DNA of 42,630 nt from an uncultured Planctomycetaceae bacterium (lineage in GTDB: Bacteria; Planctomycetota; Planctomycetia; Planctomycetales; Planctomycetaceae). Shown piece by piece: positions 19,540 through 28,000 of the stretch. Both the position numbers and the translations under genes were made by a program. The stretch covers positions 1 to 42,630 of the forward strand of contig CAXBME010000045.1 in assembly GCA_963976765.1 (NCBI GenBank), in the 5' to 3' direction. The notes below the pieces were generated by a model that saw nothing but the letters and a program-made list of their open reading frames with translations, did not search any database and was not told the DNA's origin. Position 1 is the first letter of the stretch, and every line of letters begins with the position of its first letter.

Positions 19540-20093
19540 ACCTGAATCCCGGATAGGTATCGGTGTTGCTCAGGAGTGAAAAATCAGGCACTTCCGGCTT
19601 GGATAATGTTTACGAGGAACGACGGGCGGCACCTGATGGACAGGGAAGCTTTGCTCTGTGATGTTGGCGACTTCGGTCTTGAGTTTGAACTTCAGCTCCG
19701 GCGTCGGTCGCTGTCTGGCCCCGTTCGGTCACGCGATCGTGATGGCCGACTTTCGCTGAGTGAAATGATGGCGATCGTCGTCGCCTTTCAGCTCAACCAT
19801 TACCGTGATCTCAAAGCGTTTTACAATAACCTGCGTGAGTCCAGCAGCGACTGGTTTCCGGGACAGGTCAGTTACCAGCGGTTCAACGGCCTGATGCCTC
19901 GGCTGATCGTTCAGTCGGCTGGCTATCCGAAAAGTCGGTTTGAAACGTGCAGCGGGATCTTGATTGTGGACTCGACTCATCTGACCGTCTGCGGCAACAA
20001 GCGAATCGAGAAAAACCGTGGTCAAAGGCTTCGCTACCCAGGTCAATCAACCGGGGATGGTTCTACGGTTTCAAGCTGCACAGAGTAAAATGA
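19540..20093 (+). mobile_element. Truncated, frameshifted IS982-family element
   Basis: From ATG 19636: LLCDVGDF, LSLSEMMAI, YRDLKAFY, VSYQRF, IVDST.L.VC.NKRI. GWFYGFKLH lies in another frame (20055-20081) and stops at 20093. A TIR-like acctgaatcccggatagg sits at 19540-19557; no right end was found. Confidence 0.88.
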
Positions 20094-20115
20094 ACAAGTA
20101 GAGAGAGCTGATTAT

Positions 20116-21096
20116 TCACGCCGCTTCTTCGGCGTCGTCCTCATCCACTTCTCCATCATCGTCCTCGCCTTCGTCCCACTCTTCATCGTCAGATTCATCT
20201 TCGTCGTCGAGGTCCGCATCTGGATCTGAGTCGGCAGTGAAATATTCTGCGGTTTCATCCGAGTCGTCTTCAATTTCTTCGTCAGCTTCGTCATCGGCCA
20301 GCAATTGAAAGGACTCTTCTTCGACGTCCGATTCCGGTTCGTCGACTTCTTCGGGTTCATCGCGCCGGCGGAGCGTGTCGGCCATTGGGAGGTCATCGAG
20401 ACTTCCAAAACCGTACTCTTCCAGAAACTGTTTGGTTGTTCCATAGAGATACGGACGACCGAGCGAGTCGTCTTCTCCGGTGATTCGAATCAATCCTCTG
20501 TCCATCAGTTGTCGCAACATTTCCGAAGCCTGCACGCCTCGAATTTTATCAACATCCGCGCGAGTCACCGGTTGTCGGTATGCAACGATCGAAAGCGTTT
20601 CAAGCATCGGCGGCGACAGCTTTGCTCGGGCCTGGCGATTGTGCAGCCGGTCGAGCCACATCGAAAACTGCGGGCGAGTCATCATGCGCACGCCGGTCGC
20701 CACTTTCTCGATGCGAAACGCCGTCCCCCCTCGATCCAGCTTGTCGTTCAGTTCCTGAACCAGCTCGCGAGCTTCTGCGGCATCGGCCAGCGTTGCGAAC
20801 TGGGCGAGCTTGCGGAACGACAACGCTCCGTCGGCCACCAGCAGGACAGCTTCCAACCGGGCCAGCTTGCGGCTGCGGCGAGTTGGATGCTCGGCTTTTT
20901 GCTCGCCCGTTACGCCATCAGACGCACCATCGGTCGGCCGAATCCGAAACGCCCAATGCCAGCCGCCCGTGCCAGACTGGCCGGACGCTGCGGCCAGGCC
21001 ATCGATTCCCGAGTGAGTTTTCATCAACGAACCACCGCCTGCGTGAGCCTGTCGCGCGGCGCCGAACGTGGTTAACCGAGAGCCCCAGCCAGTCAT
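20116..21096 (-). CDS. scpB: SMC-Scp complex subunit ScpB with long acidic tail
   Basis: LEAVLL, LSPPMLETLSIVAYRQPVTRADVDKIRGV, GRPYLYGTTKQFL..FG..SLDDLP. The start overlaps the upstream stop (ATGA). Confidence 0.95.
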   Translation of the reverse strand: MTGWGSRLTTFGAARQAHAGGGSLMKTHSGIDGLAAASGQSGTGGWHWAFRIRPTDGASDGVTGEQKAEHPTRRSRKLARLEAVLLVADGALSFRKLAQFATLADAAEARELVQELNDKLDRGGTAFRIEKVATGVRMMTRPQFSMWLDRLHNRQARAKLSPPMLETLSIVAYRQPVTRADVDKIRGVQASEMLRQLMDRGLIRITGEDDSLGRPYLYGTTKQFLEEYGFGSLDDLPMADTLRRRDEPEEVDEPESDVEEESFQLLADDEADEEIEDDSDETAEYFTADSDPDADLDDEDESDDEEWDEGEDDDGEVDEDDAEEAA

Positions 21097-22055
21097 CGAT
21101 GAAGGTTCCAGTCTTCGACCTGTGCGAGCACGTCGCCAACGGCGATCAGCGGATCAACCGACTCCGCTTCAAACCGGCGCGAAATTCGCGGATCGTCGAC
21201 CGAGGTGACCAGACAAACGAATCGATAACCGTCCTGCTCTGAATTCGGAGTCAACCGGAACGTACGGATTCCAAGCTGATTCAATCGATCAACGGCCTGC
21301 TGCCAGGTGAGTGTCTCAACTTGTGTCGAACGAAAATCCGGAGTGCTGTTGTCGGTTTTGTTCATCATCCGACCGTATCGGTCGGAATTGTCGTTATTGC
21401 CGAAAACTTCGTCTAACGACCTTGTAGCCACCGTCACGCCTGCGCGTCCGAATGATGTCTCTTCCAAAGCGACGGTTGGGGCCGGGGAATTGTCGACGCG
21501 CGATGGTGTCGCCCTCGACGGAACCGCAGCCTGTCCCGAAAATGAAGAACTGGCTATCGACGAGACCTCTTTTTCAGAGGACATCCTGGATTCCATTTCG
21601 ATCGACGGTACGGCAAGCTGTCGACTGCTTCCGCTGGACACTCCGCAGGAATTCGTACGAAGGCTCACCTCAGTCCGAACAGCCCCGCTTCCGGCATCGT
21701 GTGGCCGAGCCAGCGGATCCCGCCAGGCGAGGCGACGACGATCCAGATCGCTCGATGAAGCATTCGCCACAACGTCGCCTGCACTTGCTCTTCGAGTTTG
21801 ACCATCACTTCCGTACGGCTCGAACAGGTCGATCGACATGGGTTGAATCGTGGACACGTTCCGGACGAGCAACGCATCGGAATGTCCGACGCGAAGTTCC
21901 AGCAGATGGCTGGTATCTGTGATCTGCGCTGGCCCTGCCGTTGGCGACGCGGACACCGGAAAGAACTGTGGAATACCAAAGATGGCCATCATTGGCACAG
22001 CCGTCATTGGAATCAGCATCAGCAAAGTCTTAAACAGACTCTGAATACGGCGCAT
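21093..22055 (-). CDS. Conserved hypothetical membrane-anchored protein
   Basis: N-terminal hydrophobic segment (MLIPMTAVPMMAIFGIP), low-complexity linker and a compact C-terminal domain (LTWQQAVDRL...RRFEAE..DPL.AV.DVL.QVE.W). Coupled to scpB. Confidence 0.75.
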   Translation of the reverse strand: MRRIQSLFKTLLMLIPMTAVPMMAIFGIPQFFPVSASPTAGPAQITDTSHLLELRVGHSDALLVRNVSTIQPMSIDLFEPYGSDGQTRRASAGDVVANASSSDLDRRRLAWRDPLARPHDAGSGAVRTEVSLRTNSCGVSSGSSRQLAVPSIEMESRMSSEKEVSSIASSSFSGQAAVPSRATPSRVDNSPAPTVALEETSFGRAGVTVATRSLDEVFGNNDNSDRYGRMMNKTDNSTPDFRSTQVETLTWQQAVDRLNQLGIRTFRLTPNSEQDGYRFVCLVTSVDDPRISRRFEAESVDPLIAVGDVLAQVEDWNLHR

Positions 22056-22423
22056 TCCGCCTCCCTGTGGAATATCGCGTGGTTCGTTGCCCGGACTCCA
22101 TGTCGATCGTTGTCCCTCCCTGAACAACGATCCCGAGCGATTTTGAGGATGATAGGGGACATCGCAAAAACGCCACAATTCCAGTTCTGCGTCCCGTCGC
22201 AATACTGGTCAGATACGTATCTGCAAGGGTCTGTGGGCCATTCCGGTGCGGGTTGATCATGGCCAGACCCAATCCTACACTGAAGTTTCTTTGCGTTTCT
22301 GTGTTGGCTCCTGTCGTGAATTCTTCACCGTCACCCGGGATTTCAGGTCTTCTGAAACCTGTGCTGCTCTGGCAGCTTACCCGCCGCCAGTCCCCATAAC
22401 TTATTGCTCCAGGATGTGCTGCC

Positions 22424-23389
22424 ATGACATTTCACCTGTCGCTGCCTGACGCGTTCGTATCTCCCGTGTCGCGAAGCACGCAGATCATTCTGGCAGCTCT
22501 GGCCATCACTGCTTACGGATTCGGAGCAACGACGGCGTTCTCTCAGAGTGACGCGAAAGAGAAAGCAGAGGGTGTTCCCGGAGTCGTCACGGCTGCCGAT
22601 GGCTGGGACATTCACTACACCTACTGGGAATCTCCGATGGGGAAAGAAGCCCCTGTCGTTATTCTGCTGCACGGCAAAGGTCAGGCTCGACTGATCTGGA
22701 AAGCGCTGCCTCTGGCGAAAGAGCTGGCGAAGAAGCAGTTCGCTGTCATCGCGGTGGACCTACGAAAACACGGCGAGTCCAAAGCTCCGGAAAATGCTCC
22801 TCCCCAGGCAAAAAGCGACAAGCTCACCAAAGATGACTACGTCGGGATGGGAGGCGATCTGGAAGCCATCAAAAAGTTCATTTACTCCGAACACCAGGCT
22901 CAGCGGCTGAACATGCGAAAGCTCGGCATTGTTTCGACGGACATGAGCACCGTCATCGCGCTGAACTGGACAAGTCTCGACTGGTTAAAGAAGCCGTTTG
23001 ACGACGCTCCCACGATTGCAGCAAGAACTCCGAGAGGGCAGGACGTCCAGGCTCTGGTACTGGTTTCTCCTGAAGATTCGTTGAGCGGCGTCGGGACCAT
23101 TGACGCCACGCGTTTTCTTCGTTCGACCGGAATCTCTGTCCTGCTGATGTCCTCTGACAAAGTTTCATCAGAAAAGCGAACGGCGGCGAAGATGTACTCG
23201 CAGCTCGGTGGTACTCAACAGGATGAGGCTGACAAACGACTCTTCAACATCGGATCAGACCTCAAACTTTCCGGGACAAATCTTCTCGCCCGACAGCCAC
23301 AACTGCAGGCGGGTATCCAGAAATTTCTCGAAGACCACGTCATGGGACACACTGATCCCTGGAGAGATCGAGAGTCCCGTCTGAAGTAA
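22424..23389 (+). CDS. Exported alpha/beta-hydrolase-fold protein with non-canonical catalytic motifs
   Basis: TAADGWDI, VILLHGKG, AVDLRKHGES and LVLVSP. The elbow reads VSTDMS instead of GxSxG. Confidence 0.8.
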   Translation: MTFHLSLPDAFVSPVSRSTQIILAALAITAYGFGATTAFSQSDAKEKAEGVPGVVTAADGWDIHYTYWESPMGKEAPVVILLHGKGQARLIWKALPLAKELAKKQFAVIAVDLRKHGESKAPENAPPQAKSDKLTKDDYVGMGGDLEAIKKFIYSEHQAQRLNMRKLGIVSTDMSTVIALNWTSLDWLKKPFDDAPTIAARTPRGQDVQALVLVSPEDSLSGVGTIDATRFLRSTGISVLLMSSDKVSSEKRTAAKMYSQLGGTQQDEADKRLFNIGSDLKLSGTNLLARQPQLQAGIQKFLEDHVMGHTDPWRDRESRLK

Positions 23390-23477
23390 GCCTGTCGTGC
23401 TTACAGCTCGGACGCAGCGATATCTTCTGCGCGAGCCATACCTGCCTGACGCCAGACATCGGAAAGGAGTCCAGTCG

Positions 23478-24224
23478 ATGAGCGAAGCTGTAGCGATCGT
23501 ACTTGCCGCCGGAAAAGGCACTCGGATGAAGTCCGACCTGCCAAAAGTTCTGCACGAAGTGTGTGGCCAATCGATGGTCGAGCACGTCTTTGACGCGGTG
23601 CGAGGAGCGGGCGTCAATCGAATCATCTGCGTCATTGGACACAAAGCTGATCTGATGCGCGAACGGCTCGGCCATCACGCTGACGTCGAGTTCGCTCTGC
23701 AGGAAGAACAGAACGGAACCGGGCACGCCGTTCAAATGGCGGCACCGATGCTGGCAGGCTACGCCGGCCCGGTCCTCGTCCTTGCCGGCGACACTCCGCT
23801 ACTTCGAGCAGAATCGTTAAAAGGATTGCTCGACGAGCTGACCGGCAATCAGGCTGTTTCAGTCGTCGGTTCGGCAGTCACCGACAACAACCAGGGCCTC
23901 GGACGAATCGTGCGGGACTCCAACGGATCTTTCACCAGCATCGTCGAAGAAAAAGACGCCACGGAAGAACAACGAGCGATCAAAGAAATCAACACCGGCT
24001 GCTACGCGTTCGACGCGAAGTCGCTGTTCGAATCTCTGGCTCAGGTCAAACCGCTGAACACGCAGGGCGAGTACTACCTGACTGACTGCCCCGAAATTCT
24101 GCTCAAGCAGGGGAAGAAGTCTCTGGCCGCCGCGAAGCTCGACATTGACGAAGCGATGGGCGTCAACACTCAGGAACAGCTCGCGGCGGTTGCCGACGTG
24201 CTCAATGCACGAGCCGCGTCATAG
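23478..24224 (+). CDS. GlmU-like UDP-GlcNAc pyrophosphorylase (uridyltransferase domain only)
   Basis: LAAGKGTRMKSDLPKVLH, QNGTGHAV, GDTPL, IVEEKDA, EINTGCY, NTQGEYYLTD, GVNT. No C-terminal left-handed beta-helix. AAGGAG lies before ATG 23478. Confidence 0.9.
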   Translation: MSEAVAIVLAAGKGTRMKSDLPKVLHEVCGQSMVEHVFDAVRGAGVNRIICVIGHKADLMRERLGHHADVEFALQEEQNGTGHAVQMAAPMLAGYAGPVLVLAGDTPLLRAESLKGLLDELTGNQAVSVVGSAVTDNNQGLGRIVRDSNGSFTSIVEEKDATEEQRAIKEINTGCYAFDAKSLFESLAQVKPLNTQGEYYLTDCPEILLKQGKKSLAAAKLDIDEAMGVNTQEQLAAVADVLNARAAS

Positions 24225-24291
24225 CCGTCAGTCCGCTCAGGCTTCGCCTGACGGAGTCGTCCTCGGACGGCAACTCCACTTTTCAACCCGG

Positions 24292-24339
24292 AAAACAAGA
24301 AAGGCGTCGCGAGCCGAAGCTCACGACGCCTTCCTTTTT
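24292..24339. terminator. Bidirectional intrinsic terminator
   Basis: 14-bp stem aaggcgtcgcgagc/gctcacgacgcctt with a C(UUCG)G loop on the minus strand. T-rich tails on both strands. Confidence 0.8.
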
Positions 24340-24733
24340 AACAACAGACAAGTGCGGGCCAGTACTTGCGTTGCTGTCGAACGGTTTAACTAGCGACTGC
24401 CGTGCCAGACGTAGAAAAATTCCTGGAAGAACAGACTCTTCGCTCCACGTGCCACCAGGTTGCCGGTATTTGCTGTTGAATCTCTGCCACTTCCGCCGTG
24501 GCGGCAATCCGCCGGCCATGTGAAAGCCGTCAATCTCACCGTTGCAGAATGATGCACCGCTTCCACAGTGGTTCAATTTTGCCGCTACTCGCTTTCCGTA
24601 ATCGGTGTTAGCGTTCGGATTCGAATTTCACGCGGAGTATTTTTCTGCCTGCGCAGAATCACGATCTCAAAGCCGGAGAAGGCCGACTCGCGAGTTTCAT
24701 ACCGACACCGGAAAGCGCTTTCGGAAGCGAGTT

Positions 24734-25000
24734 TCAGCCGCCAGCATCGGCAGGGATCAGCAACACGCTGTCGCCGTCATGCAGGGTTGTTTTAAGGTCA
24801 CGAGTGAAGACTGTCCCGTTGACATTCAACAGCCAGCCCGACGCGAGTTCGCGATCAATGACGCAAAGTTCCGCCAGCGACGGAAACTGCTCACAAACCT
24901 CCGACAGCACATCCTGCAAACATTCAGCATCGAGCGTCACTTCGGCAGTATTCGCGCGGCTGCGAGCAACTCCAAAGAATTCCAACTGAATCGAAGGCAA
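24734..25000 (-). CDS. moaD: MoaD/ThiS-family sulfur carrier protein
   Basis: EFFGVAR, LNVNG, L.DGD.V.LIP and C-terminal GG. GAGG precedes the TTG start. Confidence 0.85.
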   Translation of the reverse strand: MPSIQLEFFGVARSRANTAEVTLDAECLQDVLSEVCEQFPSLAELCVIDRELASGWLLNVNGTVFTRDLKTTLHDGDSVLLIPADAGG

Positions 25001-25054
25001 AGTCAGACCTCTTTTGAAATGAGGACCGAACTCCTCAGTTGAACTGACGACTTA

Positions 25055-28000
25055 TCAGTCGTTGCGAGGAATGAGCCGAATTTCCCGCAGGTCGATCAAC
25101 GCCTGAACCGGCGGAGACCGCGTGAAGACAACAAGTCGCGACGCTCCCGGCGGCAGAGTGATCGTGCCGGGCTTCCAGGTCGAGTATCGGTCCCAGCGGT
25201 CTGTCGAGGGCACTCGGCCTTCCAGCGTCTGCCCAGCGACTGACAAGACCAGCTGATTGCCTGCAGCACTCTTGTGACAGGCAAAGTCGAGCTCGACATC
25301 GAACTCGCATTGACTAATCGGCTCCGGCAGGACGACCGTCCAGGCCGCATAATCGTCTGCACTCAACCAGTTGCCGAGATTCCGGAAGTGCGCTTCAACG
25401 ATCAGATTGGGACCGAACACCGACGCGGCGCTGGCCGGTAAACGCACTACGCCATCATCAGATGGCGATCCCTCAGTCGGCACGTTGAATGGAAGCTCCT
25501 TCGGCGTCAGGCCCGACGTCTGCACGAACGCTATGACGTCGGCGATGTCCTGTTTTGAAAGGTCTTTTTCCAGACCCTCGGGCATCAGAGAACGCTGGGA
25601 ACTGATCAATTGGTCCAGATCTTTGCGAAGCAGAACGTGCTCCTTCCCATCCGTCGAAATCAGAGTCACGCTGTTGCCGGTTTCGTTAAGCAGCATCCCC
25701 GAGACAGTTTTCCCGGCAGTCGTTACGGCGGTGTAGCTGAGAAACTTCGCTTCGACAGCTCGGTTGGGATCAAGAATCGCGGTCAGCATTGCCTTGCTCG
25801 TACGATCCTTCAGAGCCGCCAGATCGGCTCCGATCGACTTCCCAATTCCGTCCAGTCGATGACAACTTGAACAACGCTTTTCGAAAACCACTCGACCGCG
25901 TGCCCCATCACCGGCCAGCTTCAGGACCGGCTCAAATTCTTCAATCAACGTCTGGCGATTCGACGACGCCTTAACATCAAACAGCTTCGCAACCCGCTCA
26001 CGAATCCGAGCATCCTGGTGAATCGCCAGCCGCTCCCGCTGAGCTGCGTTCAGGTCACGGTCCGCCACAGTCCCGTTTTCCAACGCGGTCAACAACGCAG
26101 GTATCCACTCGGCACGGTTCAGCAATGCGTCCGTCACCTCAGTTCGCAATGCAGGCGTCAGCGTTCGCCAGTGGCTTATTAATCGATCTGGTGTTTGTCG
26201 ATCTGCCATTGTCGTCAGCGCCGAAAGGATCGCGGACTGGAGCGTCGGAGGATTCCTGGGGGAGATCATTGACGCCAGCCGTTCGGATGCCGATGCCTGT
26301 CCTGCGCCGATCGTTGCCAGAAACTGAACGGCTGAAATCTGTGATGTCGCGTCGGCGCGTGGTTCGTTAAGAATTGCCTCAGCACGGGCTGCGAGCTTCG
26401 TCATCGCCGGAGCGATTTTTTCCTGCCACGCGGGAACTTTCCTGAGGGACTTCCACGCGGTTTCGTGCCGAGTGACTTCCCTGATGAGAGCCGCGAGCCG
26501 ATTCAGAGATGCCACGCCGCCGGGATCATCGCCTTCTCCAACGGCCTTTTCGAAGCAGGTGACCAGACTGTCGAATCGACCGAATGCTGCCGCCTGTCCT
26601 ACAAGTTTCAGAACCAGTGCCGAGTCTGCTCGGTCGACCAGCCAGATTGCTTCGGCGAGCACCTCATCCATGTTGCTCTCGTTGAGCGAACTCATGGCCG
26701 CTGCGAAAATCTGCGGATGGTCCTGATGTTGAGAGATCAGCTTTGCCAGAACATGCCCACTTCGAAGCTCATCAGCGGATTCTTCGCCAATCAGTCGTCC
26801 GAGCGAATAAGCCAACTGTAAGGTGACTCTCGGATCATCATCATTCGCCATGGCCAGCACAGCCTTCGTCATTTCTCGATGGTCCTTGCTGACTGAAGGC
26901 TGCAGCCATGGTTCAGCGATTCGGATGGCGTGCCGGCGAATCTCCGGATGAGTGTCACGCAACATCGGAATCAGCAGCTCCGGCCCTCCGATCAACTGCG
27001 GAGTCGTCAGACACAGCGCATGCAAGCGAGCCAGCGGCAATGGATGATCTGTCGCCATTTCGAGAAGCGAATCATCGAAGTGGTGGTCTTCACGGTGCAG
27101 AATCAACCGATGAGACGTATCACGCCACCAGCCATTGGGGCTGGCGAGTCGCCCGAGCAGCGTCTCACGCGAAGCCTTGTTCCAGGTAGTGGTCAGCCAG
27201 CTTCGGTCCGTGTCAGAAGCAGGCGGTTCTGCAGATTCGTCAGCGGCTCCACAACAGGCTGAATTCGCCTCGCGGACGATGCGATAAATTCTCCCCAGCC
27301 CGTTTCCAGCCTGTAGATTCAGCTTTTTCTGCCAGTCTTCAGGAATCCATTCGGGATGCTCAATGACAAAACGATACATGTCCGCAATCCAGATAGCTCC
27401 GTCCGGGCCCGTCCGAGCCATCACCGGTCGGAACCAGTTGTCACTGGAAGCGAGAAATTCTCGATCGGTCTCGTTCGCTGACCGTTTCGCCGAGAACGTT
27501 GTGCCGGTTCGAGTGACGACTCGTCGGGAAACGAGATTGTGGACGGGTTCGCAAACAAAAGCGTCGCCGGCGAACTCTTCCCCCAGCAGCCAGTCCCGAT
27601 AAATCATCACACTGCAGGCTGAAGTGAACCTGTTGGCTCGATCGTGATCGTTGAATCGTGCCAGCATCCTGCTGATCGGAAAGACCGGTGATGCACCAGG
27701 CGGATCGAAAATTTCTCGGCGAGAATCGCCAGCCGCGAAGTGAGGATTGCGGCGTGTGTATTTGTCGTCGAGCGTGTAGCGCCACATCGGCCTCGAATTG
27801 TTGCCGCCGAACCAGTGGCCCCAGTCATCCCGGCAGCGACCGAACTGGCTTTGACCGGAAACGGGATCCATCAAACCGTAGTCCGGCTGAATCCGGAGAT
27901 CACGACCACGAATGCTGATCCGGCAACCTGGTCCGCTGACCTGCGTTTGTGAACTCAGAAAGTCTGTGAAGATGGTCGCTTCACAATCTGAAGGTTCGTC

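Noticed and set aside
24355..24400. Weak resemblance to a c-di-GMP-I riboswitch (minus strand aaaccgttcgacag...acgcaag)
   Set aside because: The P2/P3 stems and tetraloop do not fit, and there is no downstream gene to regulate.
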